Shown here piece by piece: positions 32,101 through 39,389 of a DNA stretch of 64,000 nt. The stretch is from Nitrospirota bacterium (GTDB taxonomy: Bacteria > Nitrospirota > Thermodesulfovibrionia > Thermodesulfovibrionales > JdFR-86), in NCBI GenBank assembly GCA_963721805.1, contig CAVRJY010000004.1, positions 192,001-256,000 on the forward strand, given 5' to 3'. A program made the translations under genes and the position numbers. The notes below the pieces were generated by a model that worked only from the letters and a program-made list of their open reading frames with translations, searched no databases and was not told the origin of the DNA. Within the stretch, counting starts at the first letter, position 1. Each line of letters opens with the position of its first letter.

Positions 32101-32630
32101 CCTCCAGCACCGCCAGAGACAACTGGAGCTGTTGGGGGAGTCGAGGGGAGCGGGGTGGGTTGTGTTATTTGTTGCTGGAGGGTCGTATCCAACTCGTCAT
32201 ATGTAAAGGTCGTTGTATAACCGAGGCTGGTGATAGTCGCTTGAAAGGTGCCCGCATTAATACTGTCGATGTAGAATGCGGTAGGAGGAGTGGCGTTGTT
32301 ATAGAATGTTTGACCTGCTGTTTTCACAAGATAATCATAGCCGTCAGCCAATTTAACAAAAGAGACAGCTCCGCCGGTGCTGGCCGGATCATATATAAAA
32401 CCGCTGACAGTAGTGTTCTGCAGAGTTATCGGATTGTAGACCGTTTCTCCAATAGTAGAGTTCCACAATGGAAGAGGCGCGGATTCGGCCCACGAGGCCA
32501 TTGACATTGACAGGAACAATAAAATGAGAAACGCCTGCCATACAATCGAACCCGAACGACTCCGCGACGAGATACCGTCTGATCTGAAAAGCCTCCGCAG
32601 AGCGGTCCCTGTGTTTTTTACCTCACTCAT
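20115..32630 (-). CDS. Giant (4171 aa) Gly-rich autotransporter (type Va), probable adhesin
   Basis: Long signal peptide. Dozens of QS[IVL]GGGGGxGG passenger repeats. C-terminal autotransporter barrel (SLSGEG...WAHEF...GGLSITW). Confidence 0.92.
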   Translation of the reverse strand: MSEVKNTGTALRRLFRSDGISSRSRSGSIVWQAFLILLFLSMSMASWAESAPLPLWNSTIGETVYNPITLQNTTVSGFIYDPASTGGAVSFVKLADGYDYLVKTAGQTFYNNATPPTAFYIDSINAGTFQATITSLGYTTTFTYDELDTTLQQQITQPTPLPSTPPTAPVVSGGAGGVSIVGVGAGGSNGSAGALFWPPTSGGNGDPGPTVNYSNYTNISTIDQIGIEAGSIGGSGGNGGNSYLSFWPGAAGGNGGAGGTVTVTNTNNPNITVATTGDNMYGIYAYSIGGQAGNGGSGYVAPGGGTGGHSSDGGAVTVDNYGTITTSGAGAYGIYALSESNNGGSGGDTWGLVGESGSGGYGGSGGTVSVTNEATGVIYTSGDYAHGIVAQSIGGSGGSSGTSGNLLLALVGSADNGGNGGIVTVTNNGHITTMGAHADGIVAQSIGGGGGIGGTSGGLIALGGSGSSGGFSSAVHVTNNSTGVIFTNGVSSDGILAQSIGGSGGGGSEAGGLVAIGGSGAVAGNGGAVIVENYGSIFTNGNGARGIVAQSIGGGGGDGGSSGGMIDIGGSGAGGGTGALVSITQGGVIETQGSDATGILAQSIGGGGGSGGTAIAAGAFASVAVGGEGGGGGAGGDVNVTLQGQAAGPASLISTSGDRSIGLFAQSVGGGGGAGGGTISASVGFGGDASIAVGGQGGSGGDGGVVTMTKGAGSSIIDTAGQDATGVMLQSVGGGGGNGGYAVAAAVAAGPVAAGLSVTVGGSGGSGGKGGNVTVGAFNGSGILTSTGFDGNIETTGDRSTGFLAESVGGGGGNGGLAVSASGSGSEFFSGSISVGLGGKGGSGGDGGTVQVGMQGNIMTEGEQSTGLLVQSVGGGGGNGGGSIAAELALSGDAAGTIGVSIGGEGGNGGQGGQVTAATRAGTISTSGDSSTGILVQSVGGGGGNGGYSIAAGGAIGGGSAGSVDVGLGGKGDGGGAGGAVTADLQSNVMTTGQNSSGILVQSVGGGGGNGGYDVAAGLDGSGVGSAAVSVGLGGKGAGGGAGGGVNASSIGTIVTMGDNSTGFVAQSIGGGGGNGGYNVSAALSGAGEASGSLAVGFGGSGAGGGNGGAVYAFKSGDVTTTGNSSGGILAQSVGGGGGNGGFDVSAGLAGSGTASGSVAVGLGGSGAGGGQGGQVAATTRAGTIRTSGDSSTGILVQSLGGGGGNGGYSIVAGIAISGDAGGAVNVGLGGSGGGGGNGGAATADLQSDVITSGQYSSGILVQSVGGGGGNGGFNVSAGLSAAGDASAAVTVGLGGSGAGGGAGGIVNAASTGTIVTVGDNSTGFVAQSIGGGGGNGGYNVSAGLSGSESASAAISVGLGGSGAGGGNGGIVNASSTGTINTFGDNSTGFVAQSIGGGGGNGGFNVSAGLSGAPSASGTVTVGLGGSGDGGGDGGAVHASTSDDVTTTGNSSGGILAQSLGGGGGNGGFDVSAGFSGAGAASVSMAVGLGGSGGGGGNGSTVNLTVNNNVTTNGTNASGIVAQSLGGGGGDGGMNVSAAISAAQKGSAALGFGLGGSAGTGGNADTVTSNVNGNIMTGYSNSVGLLAQSVGGGGGNGGINVSGDVSLSTKGSGAVGVGIGGFGGGGGAAGAVNSTFTGLVQTSGDYSAGILAQSLGGGGGNGGLNVTGALTASDMSGSLAVGIGGFGGNGGAGNSVASQVTGGVVTYGTHSDAIVAQSLGGGGGNGGLNVTGAFNLSKTGGGTLGVGLGGFGGDGGNAGNVSSTVTTSADNMIVTLGDHSSAVVAESIGGGGGNGGTDITGAVNLTGESGAAIGVGLGGFGGGGGNAGDVSLNVTGDVLTFGNDSNGLLAQSIGGGGGNGGTNVTGSLDISAGSGSGSKSVGASIGVGGFGGSGGTAGKVNVTFDGSIEANPTVPGGTGSHGIVAQSIGGGGGNGGIDVSSALSLTFNSSSNDAYGIMVGVGGFGGGGGNADTVDVTVTGGGFINAAGAGHSAILAQSAGGGGGNGGMNVSGGIVTDSPLIVGVGGFGANAGIGKAVTVTAAADLYDSGDSSKEQSSAGIMAQSLGGGGGNGGLNVSGGLAINKDSSVPSITVGIGGFGGAGAASGDVTVNDTGNIVTSGSWVHGIMAQSIAGGGGTGGMNVSGEVNWADSSNSGGKTDLSIVAGIGGNGGLGANAGNVSVTQNGTVMTTGDDARGVAAQSIGGGGGNGGMNVTGVFAKQSSPISLGIGGSGTGGGDGGSATISRGTSSLATGAVITNGVSAYAIEASSIGGGGGDAGMNFIAGVSLAGSDNTDAGFEAQIAIGGSGASGGNSGVANVTNFSDIVTYQDSSHGILAQSIGGGGGNANLNMAVTYEGKNKKNMGLNVAVGGGTGDGGNGAAVDVHQVGDIETFGSNSYGILAQSIGGGGGNTQTSMATSFNDGGKVGISLGREGGTGGSGSDVTLSSDGIVITHGDGSYGMLAQSLGNGGGNSSASSMSLGTPDGGEDSPPQSYSVSVGLQGGEGGSAGNVTLDAAGAVITNGVGAHAIFAQSVGGGGGNGGSASTLGYFTAPTAAVSLGGSGGFGGTGGIVNVTSSAYVHTSGNGSLGILAQSIGGGGGTGGEASSGGKVKDSTAFSATASVGGNGGSGMTSGDVTVDNTGIIITNGVSSYAILAQSIGGGGGISGVATENLYSFKSDTSGTTIAVAVGGSGGSGAVAGDVTVTNYGGIGTALANSVGIFAQSVGGGGGNASNVESVNQSVQGSSSGNSFSVAIGGTGGTGGAAGNVTVSNLTNSTAGSGTIITEGENAYGILAMSIGGGGGVGSTTKSNTKSIGTDTSTANSINLSLGGSGGDGGTGGNVVVTNDGSITTYGDKAHGIMAESIGGGGGIGGMSISGSMALGSTTSQAASGKTGVFSVGGIGGDGNSSGNVTVTNNGSIEVYGQKAYGIYAQSVGGGGGDGGMAMALSRDILANPQTALQSTLLNIGMGGFGGDGANSGNVVVNNTGSIISHGDDSYGIFAQSVGGGGGKMGYSITSPAWMAADLGISTLLGGGSKGTAGTVIINSTGTIQMLGNNSTAQLGQSINGGGGNVDLFLDFSQHAAQFAPDGSELPGTSETTMAKVTSLIKLGATAAENAIGSAISATQLGDLFTSGKQSLGSLMQSVGGGGGNTTSNVVVDSNANVNLELALGVTNSSNGSGGSVTQNRTGNVGTAGDQSTGSTVQSIGGGGGSLTVDVSRVPAPAEQATVPAPRISPSVNPTTATTAEQASVPVPRISPSVNPTTATTAEQASVPAPRISPSVNPTTVTTAEQATVPAPRIAPSVSPTTMTAAVLSTGPEPMIAPAVHSFTAMTPALATSTASLGAVNGTSSNGGNLNLTYAGDVSTTGAQAQGLMLQSIGGGGGSMTLTGLDSVQIAIGGTNGTSGNGGNITLSNIGNVTTYGPLSYGMVVQSIGGGGGAVFTDMDPSQIALTLNSGNSGNGGDIHIDQTGDVTVYGDRSIGVLVQSIGGGGGAVDNIFMGTAGGAGTGGAVFLNSVGNIIAPGADSIGIVAQSSGSNGGGDITVDISNASSLQQSIVYGGSGQGAGVSILGGADNQLNNDGIITTVQGIDGFAILGTTGSDHISNNGLVIGSVDLGTGANPFDNNANAIFDSGATVYLGQGNTLTNEGLLSPGAFQRVLRTRLNGNLVQTANAVYGVDLDLKNRITDRINATGTADVSGSVVINLIDPTTAPGYALPGTHNYILVSAAGGETHDGLTLQAQNTAVATYSLVYPGERDIDLNTVIDYSPAGLTENERSVGSAINRIQRAQTSPAFRPIATELFYIPNVETLRLVYDSLSGEGVSAVEQADFLSDKYFHTSIAHRVNYWVSGDPKDPSGYSLSGDKDLLYAQYIPNDSATDSASVPQQSPRNWRMWSSGYEGGSDYKGDSHVGAADTSQHGSGFNMGLDFQVSPSIIAGIAGGNSHFTFSVPDRDTSGSADAWHVGGYGALRYEHLYATADLAYDNFDNHESRQASIPGVSNNLNGEFNGYSVSGNFETGYKEQIKPFEITPFAGLQFASLNVDDFTETGAGGARELGLSYDSRTINSLQSHLGAQLKAKTDLPHGMALSGLVRADWAHEFDRDRSMKSSFISAPGFDFVIQGARPPADSLRSNVGINLALGKHLSLYGNFDYDYASAGYSYSGTGGLSITW
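22696..22961 (-). repeat. In-frame 66-bp tandem repeat, about 4 copies (AEQA[ST]VPxPRISPSVNPTTxTT)
   Basis: ctcggt[ga]ccgg recurs at 22735, 22801, 22867 and 22933. Confidence 0.9.
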
Positions 32631-33111
32631 TTGATCCCCCTATATAATTTTGTCTCACCTGTGGGTGAGAATATTCCGCACGATAATCAGGCAGCTATTT
32701 CGGTATCGCTACCATGAATCTGACGATAGCGGATTTAAGTAAAAGTATCTTCGTGGAGGTGTGGTTTGGAGATAATCCACTGCCTAATGAATATTCTATT
32801 TGGCACTCCTGCCACAATAAGACGTAACTAGAATACTACTGAGCCAGTAGCTTAGCAATATCTATTTGTAATTATCAATATATCTAGAATACCCGAAATT
32901 GATAATCGCGCCCTGCATTAGTCCGCCATTTCAAGGCGCGAACAAAATGCGGCTGAACGTCTCAACAAGTTCAATGTGAAGGTGGACGCAAGGGTGATAA
33001 AGACTCAATAGTCAGACTCAGCCAGCTCCTGACAGTTACAGTTTAGTGACAGTGATCGGATTTTCAGGTAGAGGGGGGTTGGGAGAAATCCTCCTAACCC
33101 CCTGATTTTAT

Positions 33112-33197
33112 TGGTGCCGGTGGTGGGAGTCGAACCCACACATGGTTGCCCATAGCGGATTTTGAGTCCGCCGCGTCTGCCATTCCACCACACCGGC
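33112..33197 (-). tRNA. tRNA-Leu(CAA)
   Basis: GCCGGTG acceptor stem, GCGGA-CT-CAA-AA-TCCGC anticodon arm, long variable arm, GGTTCGACTCC T-loop, encoded CCA. Confidence 0.96.
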
Positions 33198-33274
33198 TCG
33201 GTTGATTCTAAAGGATGTTTTGCGCTGCGGTCAAACCTGGCCCAAACAGCCGTAGCGGGCATCGCCGCGCACGG

Positions 33275-34393
33275 CTATCCTCGCCCCGCGCCTGAGAGCT
33301 CTATGATCAGGGATGAAAACGACTCCACCATACGCTCCATCGAGAGCCGCTCGACCGTCCGCCTCGCACGGGCGGCAAGCGCAGCCCGAAGGCCGGCGTC
33401 GCCAGCCGTGCGCGCGATCGCGGCGCGCAATGCAACAGCGTCGCCGGGCGGCACCAGCAGGCCCGAGACGCCGTCTTCTATGATCTCCGGGATGCCCGAG
33501 GCGCGCGTCGAGACGACGGCGGTGCCGACCGCCATCGCCTCCAGTATGACGTTGGGCAGGCCCTCATACAACGAGGGCAGGACGAGGAAATCGGAGGCCT
33601 TGATGTATTCGGCGGCGTTTCGCCTGTATCCGAGAAACTCGATCCCTCCGAAGCCCTGAAGGACGCCCTCCATGCTCCCATCCCCGATAGCGAGGAAACG
33701 GAAGGCCCGCCCCGGCATCTCCCGCAGCGCGGCCATGAGATATCCGATCCCCTTGCGCTCCTCGATCTTGCCCGCATAGATGCCGTATATCGCGTCGCCG
33801 TCGAGGCCGAGAGAGCGCCTGAGCTCCCTCTTTGGGGGGAGCGCGTCAAAGCGCCTGAGGTCGACGCCATTTTGGATCACGCGGATGCGTCCGGGTGCGG
33901 CATACCCACGCGAGCCGAACTCGCCGGCCACTATGCGCGAGTTCGTGACAACGAGCGAGCCGCGCCTGAAGGCCCTCTTGAATATGAACTTCTTGAGGGC
34001 TCCAAACCGCACCTCGTGGTTGAACATGTGCTCCAGCGAGCTGCGCTCCGAAAACAGGAGCCTGCCGTGCCCGGCCAGGAGCGCCGCTGCGGCCGTGAGC
34101 GTTATCGAGTAACTCAGCCACGACATTATGACTTGCGGCCTGAACGCCCGTATCTCGGCGTACAGCAGGCCGAGGGCCTTTGGCGTATCGCGGCGCATTT
34201 CCTCCCAGTGGCATACGACGTCGAGCCCGGCCGCGCGGGCATCGGCGAGCCTTTGGCCCCCGCCAGCCGTCAGAAACACCCGCAGCTCGAAGCGCTCGCG
34301 GTCGAGCCGCCTTACGAGTTCGAGGAACTGGTGTTCCGCGCCGCCGCCGCCCAGGTGGTCTATCACCGCCAGCAGCCTTACTTTTTTATCCAC
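33275..34393 (-). CDS. GT4 glycosyltransferase
   Basis: GGGGAEHQ; IQNGVD; PSLYEGLPNVILEAMA. Likely GTG start at 34393. Confidence 0.9.
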   Translation of the reverse strand: MDKKVRLLAVIDHLGGGGAEHQFLELVRRLDRERFELRVFLTAGGGQRLADARAAGLDVVCHWEEMRRDTPKALGLLYAEIRAFRPQVIMSWLSYSITLTAAAALLAGHGRLLFSERSSLEHMFNHEVRFGALKKFIFKRAFRRGSLVVTNSRIVAGEFGSRGYAAPGRIRVIQNGVDLRRFDALPPKRELRRSLGLDGDAIYGIYAGKIEERKGIGYLMAALREMPGRAFRFLAIGDGSMEGVLQGFGGIEFLGYRRNAAEYIKASDFLVLPSLYEGLPNVILEAMAVGTAVVSTRASGIPEIIEDGVSGLLVPPGDAVALRAAIARTAGDAGLRAALAARARRTVERLSMERMVESFSSLIIELSGAGRG

Positions 34394-36228
34394 GTCTCCC
34401 ACCACCTGAGGAAGAAGTACAGGCCGAAGAGCTTGTGCCATAAATAAGCTCGCCCGGAGCGCTGCGCCTCGGCGAGGCCCTGGATGTAGTCTCGGTTGAC
34501 GTAGGGCTGCGCCGGGAAATCCATCAGCCGCTCGGCGATGCGGGTCTTCCTTAAAAGCGCTCCCGGTATGTCAAAGCCCTTCTTGCGCTCGATGTCCAGC
34601 TCCGCGGGAAGGTGCCTGGCCGCAAGGCGCTTGAGGATATACTTCTTGATCCCGCCCCTGAGCTTGAGGCTGCCCGGGACCCTGCCGAACGCATACTCCA
34701 CGATCCGGTAGTCCAGCAGCGGGCAGCGGACCTCGAGTGAGTTCATCATGCTCGCCCTGTCGACTTTCACGAGGATGTCATCCACGAGCGAGGTCTTGAA
34801 GTCCGCGCGGCACATGCGCGTCACGAAATCCCCGCCCTTGCCCATCATCGACTCCCGATAGGCAGTGGGGGCCGCCAGGTCCATGGCCCTCAGGACGTCG
34901 CGGGTGAAAAGCCTCTGCCGTTGCTCGGGCTTGAAGATCTGCGTGGGGTACGTGAAGCAGGCGTCCTGCCCGCGCGCGATACCGGCCAGGGTGTTCTTGC
35001 CGAAGAACCCCTCGGGCATGGCGGACGACGCCAGCCCTGCGATCCCCTTAAGCGGCGGAAATGCAAGCCTCGCAAACCGCCTGGCGGTTGCGGCCGAGTG
35101 GTAGTGGATATAGCCCCCGAAGAGCTCGTCCCCCCCGTCGCCGGAGATCGCGACGGTAACGTGCCGCCGCGTCTCGCGTGAGAGGTAGTACGTCGGCAGG
35201 AGCGAGTTGTCGTATATCGGTTCGTCGAGCAGCGAGGAGATATGCTCGAGGTCGTCGTCAACCCTCGGCGTCACGACGATCTCGGTGTGGTCGGTCTGAA
35301 GCGCGCGCGCCACGATGGCGGCATACCGCCGCTCGTCGTCCGCGATCCCCTCAAACCCCACGCTGAACGTGCGGATGGTGCCGCTGTGGACGCGCCTCAT
35401 CAGCGCGACGACCAGGCTCGAATCCACCCCCCCGCTCAGAAACGCGCCGAGCGGGACGTCGGAGACAAGCCGCATCCTTACCGCATCGAGCAGCGCGCCT
35501 TCCAGATACTCGAGCGCCTCGGCCTCGGATACCGGCGCGCCCTGCGGCGGGAGGTCCCAGTAGGGACCGGCCTCAAGCCTCCCGGTACGGAGGTCGAACT
35601 CAAGGGCATGGCCGGCCGGGAGTTTCCTGACCCCCTCGGCCAGCGAGAGCTCCCCGGCAGCGTAACCCAGGGACATGTACTGGTTGAGCGCCGGGAGGCT
35701 TATCTCGCGGGGCGTGATCCCGGCCGAGAGTATCTGCTTGAGTTCGGACGCGAAGACAAACGCCCCGTTACGCGCGGCATAAAAAAGCGGCTTCTTGCCG
35801 GCGCGGTCGCGGGCCAGAAACAATCGCTCCTCCAGGGCGTCATAGATGCCGAAGGCGAACATCCCGTTTAGCCGGTCAAGCGCCTTTCGGCCGTGCCGGA
35901 CATATGCGGCGAGCAGGACCTCGGTGTCCGAGGACGACCTGAACACCTCGCCCTCGGCCTCGAGCGACCGCCTGATCTCCTGAAAATTGTATATCTCCCC
36001 GTTGAAGACTATGCGGTAGCGGCCCGAGGGGTCGGCCATCGGCTGGTGGCCGAGGGGGGAGAGATCGAGGATCGAAAGCCTGCGGTGTCCGAGCCCGGCG
36101 CGGCCCGAGGGCGATACGTATACGCCTTCGTCGTCCGGCCCGCGCCTGGCGATCAGGGCGAGGGCCTGCCCGACGAGGTCCTGCGTGACCTCGCCGCCGG
36201 GGCTCAGTATCCCGAATATGCCGCACAT
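34378..36228 (-). CDS. asnB: Glutamine-hydrolysing asparagine synthase-family amidotransferase (polysaccharide-associated)
   Basis: MCGI, RRGPD, HRRLSILDL, FNGEIYNF, SDTEV, LSGGVDSS, SGDGGDELFGGY, KVDRASM. Confidence 0.93.
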   Translation of the reverse strand: MCGIFGILSPGGEVTQDLVGQALALIARRGPDDEGVYVSPSGRAGLGHRRLSILDLSPLGHQPMADPSGRYRIVFNGEIYNFQEIRRSLEAEGEVFRSSSDTEVLLAAYVRHGRKALDRLNGMFAFGIYDALEERLFLARDRAGKKPLFYAARNGAFVFASELKQILSAGITPREISLPALNQYMSLGYAAGELSLAEGVRKLPAGHALEFDLRTGRLEAGPYWDLPPQGAPVSEAEALEYLEGALLDAVRMRLVSDVPLGAFLSGGVDSSLVVALMRRVHSGTIRTFSVGFEGIADDERRYAAIVARALQTDHTEIVVTPRVDDDLEHISSLLDEPIYDNSLLPTYYLSRETRRHVTVAISGDGGDELFGGYIHYHSAATARRFARLAFPPLKGIAGLASSAMPEGFFGKNTLAGIARGQDACFTYPTQIFKPEQRQRLFTRDVLRAMDLAAPTAYRESMMGKGGDFVTRMCRADFKTSLVDDILVKVDRASMMNSLEVRCPLLDYRIVEYAFGRVPGSLKLRGGIKKYILKRLAARHLPAELDIERKKGFDIPGALLRKTRIAERLMDFPAQPYVNRDYIQGLAEAQRSGRAYLWHKLFGLYFFLRWWETWIKK

Positions 36229-36271
36229 GCCGTCAGTCGCGCGCCTGGCGCCCTGTCACACGAGATGGGGT

Positions 36272-36931
36272 TCATCCATCCTTCATTCCGATAAAGAAAT
36301 ATCCGCTTGCAAACAGACGGTTGTTCTTCCTTCTCCTGAGGATCACGTCGAAATACTTGACCCAGAAAAAAGCGAAACGCGCGATGACCCCGAGCCCCTC
36401 TGAAACATACCTGCTATCCGACTGTGCCCGGAAAAAATCTATGAGGGCCCAGGAGAGCCCCGAGCCGCTCCCCTGCAAACACCCGGAATCGATACGCCTG
36501 AGGCCCGGAAACAGGCGCATCAGCCCCTGCTCCGTGAACCTCCAGTAATCAGCCGGGTCGGGATGGTAGCCCTGCATAAACGGGGCTGCGATATATGCCT
36601 TGCCGCCGGGCTTCAGCACGCGGTGCATCTCGCGCGCCGCCAGCCAGGGGTCTTCTATATGCTCAAGGGTGCCGGTGCAGATCACGCAGTCCGCGCTCCC
36701 GTCCTTAAACGGAAGCTGGTGTATGTCGCCCACCACCTTGGTGTTGCCGGTCACGAACTTGTCGTACGAGACAACTTCCTGGTTTATAAAGCGGCCTCCG
36801 CTGCCGATGTCCAGTATCACGCCGCCGGCCGGCAGCGTGCCCAGAAATCCGTTGAGGTGCGCGTCGCGGGGGAGCGTGAGGTTCGGCATGAAGTGCCAGA
36901 TGCTGAAGCGGGTCCCTTTATAGTAAGGCAT
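36272..36931 (-). CDS. Class I SAM-dependent methyltransferase
   Basis: ILDIGSG, GDIHQLPF, LEH, RVLKPGG, DYWRFT. Confidence 0.88.
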   Translation of the reverse strand: MPYYKGTRFSIWHFMPNLTLPRDAHLNGFLGTLPAGGVILDIGSGGRFINQEVVSYDKFVTGNTKVVGDIHQLPFKDGSADCVICTGTLEHIEDPWLAAREMHRVLKPGGKAYIAAPFMQGYHPDPADYWRFTEQGLMRLFPGLRRIDSGCLQGSGSGLSWALIDFFRAQSDSRYVSEGLGVIARFAFFWVKYFDVILRRRKNNRLFASGYFFIGMKDG

Positions 36932-36949
36932 TTCGCATGCAACTCCAGT

Positions 36950-37132
36950 TCATATTATGTGCTCGGCCCGCTCGACGAGCATGACAGGGACGTCCCCTTC
37001 GACCGGAAACCACAGCGCGCAGGACTTGCAGACTATCCGCCCGGCGGCCTCCTGGTATTGCACCATGCCTTTGCATTTCGGGCATGCGAGGATCGCGAGT
37101 ATATCAGTCCTGACCGGCATCGTTGCCTCCAT
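36950..37132 (-). CDS. Trm112-family protein
   Basis: ILACPKCKG...IVCKSC...FPVEGDVPVML. Confidence 0.85.
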   Translation of the reverse strand: MEATMPVRTDILAILACPKCKGMVQYQEAAGRIVCKSCALWFPVEGDVPVMLVERAEHII

Positions 37133-37156
37133 TTCCCCCTTGGTGCGGCACCGGCC

Positions 37157-38098
37157 CTAGGGCTTTGCCGCCCTGAGCGCCAGGAGCCTCGGAGGGATAT
37201 ATATATCTTTCAGCCCCCGGTCCCTGCACCACTGGAACACCTCCGGGTAGCTGTGCTTCCAGGCGAATTTCGGAGAGTACCAGTCGAACGTATCGAGCCA
37301 CCTCCACTCGGCGTTCGGGTGCAGGCTGAACATGAAAAACTTAAACAGCGGCACCCTCAAAAAACGCGGCAGATGATACAGCGGTACGGGCAGCCACGAG
37401 AGATAATACACGAGCCGCTCGGGCATATGCGCGGTGAATTTTCTGATCATATCGCTTGGGAACTGGGAGAGCCTGAAGTACTCGGCATAGAGCCATACGG
37501 CTATCTCGCCGCCGGGCTTCAGCAGGGGCACCAGGCTGTCGAAGGCCTGCCGGGTGTCGGGCGTATGGTGCAGGACGCCGATCGAGAATATCGCGTCGAA
37601 GACCTCCGGCTTAAACGGCAGCGAGAATATGTCCGCCTGCACTATCTGGACGTTCGGCCTCTCGCCGATATTCAGATAGGCCGCGTCTACGGCGGTCGAA
37701 AGGTCTATGCCCACCACCGTGGCGCCCCAGCGCGAAGCGACTTCCGAGAACCGCCCGGAGCCTATCCCCACGTCGAGCACGAGCTTCCCCTTCAGGGCGT
37801 CAGGCGTCCATCCGGTGGAGTCTTGAAACGTGTCCTCGGACTCCGTCGTCCCGTTGAATATGTCCAGCTGCACCGTCCTGAACCGGTTCCATTCGAAGCT
37901 GAAATTCCCGACGTACTTGTCCGACGAGACGAACCTGGGGATGTGGTTTTCGATGCTGTAGGAATGCCCCTGGGCGCAAAGCAGCTCGCCGCGCTCGATG
38001 CTCTGTGAGGGGTCGGCGGGCGGGGCGCCCGCGAGCCTGAGGGCGGCTCCGCACGCGGGGCACTGAACTATATCAAGGAATGACAGTCTCACGGGCAT
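37157..38098 (-). CDS. Methyltransferase with N-terminal Trm112-like Zn ribbon
   Basis: CPACG...GELLCAQGHSYSIENHIPRF; VLDVGIGSGR; GVLHHTPD. Confidence 0.88.
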   Translation of the reverse strand: MPVRLSFLDIVQCPACGAALRLAGAPPADPSQSIERGELLCAQGHSYSIENHIPRFVSSDKYVGNFSFEWNRFRTVQLDIFNGTTESEDTFQDSTGWTPDALKGKLVLDVGIGSGRFSEVASRWGATVVGIDLSTAVDAAYLNIGERPNVQIVQADIFSLPFKPEVFDAIFSIGVLHHTPDTRQAFDSLVPLLKPGGEIAVWLYAEYFRLSQFPSDMIRKFTAHMPERLVYYLSWLPVPLYHLPRFLRVPLFKFFMFSLHPNAEWRWLDTFDWYSPKFAWKHSYPEVFQWCRDRGLKDIYIPPRLLALRAAKP

Positions 38099-38204
38099 TC
38101 CCTACGGATATTACGCACCAGGTCAGCATATCGCTTATTATTCACTACAGGGCGCGCAAAAGTCCATGCGGCGCTGCGCTGCGGGCCCTCAGGGTTCAGC
38201 GCGC

Positions 38205-39389
38205 TCAGCCCTTCTCACCGTCGCGGCAAAGGGATTCTATCATTGATTCATACTGTCTGAGGATTTCCGGAGCCGAGAAACGCTCGACCGAGGCGCGGGC
38301 GTTGCGCACAAGTTCCGCCCTGAGCCCGGAGTCGCCGAGCACCATGCGCAGCGCACCGGCCATGCCTTCGGCGTCCCCCATCCGGACGAGCATGCCGGTT
38401 CGGCCGTGCTCTATGATCTCGGACGGCCCGGAGGGGCAGTCGGTCGATATGACCGGGGTGAGGCAGGCCATGGCCTCGACCAGCACGTTGGGGAACCCCT
38501 CGAAGTCCGAAGGCAGCACGAACGCCCGAGCCCGAGCCATGTAGCGGTAAGGGTTTGGCTCGTACCCGGCGAACCTGACGCTTTCGGCGATGCCCATTTC
38601 CATGGCCATGGCCCTCAGGGACGCCTCCTCCTCCCCGGTGCCGAGGATCAGGAGATCGAGGCCGAACTCGTCCCTTACGGCGCGGAAAGCCCTCAGAAGC
38701 AGGGGGATATTCTTCTGCCGGGTAAGGCGGCCGGCGAACATGATATACGGCCTCGCATAATCGGCCGGCTCGTCCATCCGGGCCTCGATGCCGGCGATGT
38801 CCACCGGGTTATATATGAACGAGGTCGCCGCGTTGCGGACCCCCATGCGGAAAAGGTCGTCCGCCACTCCGCCGCAGACCGCGATTATGCGGTCTGCGCG
38901 GCGGTAAAGCCACTGCGTCAGGAAGATGCAGGCCATGCGCTTCATGCGGTTTCTTCCGCACATGGCATCGAGCTTGGACGAGAGGTTGATCCTCTCGCTG
39001 ACCGCAACCCTGTACCCGCCGGGGGAGCCACCGCGGCCCATCAAGGCGACTATATTGGGCTCCCAAAGAAAGCTTACAACCGCCTGCGGGGCTATGGAAT
39101 GCGTGATTTCCCTGTAACGCGAAACCATGGGCAGGAGTTCCCGGCTCAGCTCGTGCCCCGTTATGCCCAGCTCGTATACCGGGACGTCGCCCGGGACCTC
39201 CCCGAGCAGGTCCCCCTCGCGCCGGAACAGGAGCAGGTGGGGCTCGAACCGCTTGCGGTCGAGCCGCTTGAGGATAGTCAGCAGCACCCGCTCCGCCCCG
39301 CCGCCGCGCAGCGCGCTTATGAAAAAAAGGACCTTACACACGCCGAAACCCGAGGCCGACGGGCTCACAGACCGGGTATCGCAGCGCAT
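38205..39389 (-). CDS. GT4 glycosyltransferase (start uncertain)
   Basis: GGGAERV; AGRLTRQKN; PSDFEGFPNVLVEAMA. Confidence 0.9.
   Translation of the reverse strand: MRCDTRSVSPSASGFGVCKVLFFISALRGGGAERVLLTILKRLDRKRFEPHLLLFRREGDLLGEVPGDVPVYELGITGHELSRELLPMVSRYREITHSIAPQAVVSFLWEPNIVALMGRGGSPGGYRVAVSERINLSSKLDAMCGRNRMKRMACIFLTQWLYRRADRIIAVCGGVADDLFRMGVRNAATSFIYNPVDIAGIEARMDEPADYARPYIMFAGRLTRQKNIPLLLRAFRAVRDEFGLDLLILGTGEEEASLRAMAMEMGIAESVRFAGYEPNPYRYMARARAFVLPSDFEGFPNVLVEAMACLTPVISTDCPSGPSEIIEHGRTGMLVRMGDAEGMAGALRMVLGDSGLRAELVRNARASVERFSAPEILRQYESMIESLCRDGEKG

Larger units (their letters stand above)
18213..33168. mobile_element. tRNA-Leu-integrated genomic island (~14.9 kb) with no intact integrase
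   Basis: Flanking att repeats, AT-rich non-coding ends, two cargo genes with codon usage unlike the flanks. Confidence 0.85.

Noticed and set aside
32631..32900. Riboswitch upstream of the autotransporter
   Set aside because: No c-di-GMP-I/II or other aptamer consensus recognised by eye; an Rfam scan would be needed to exclude it.
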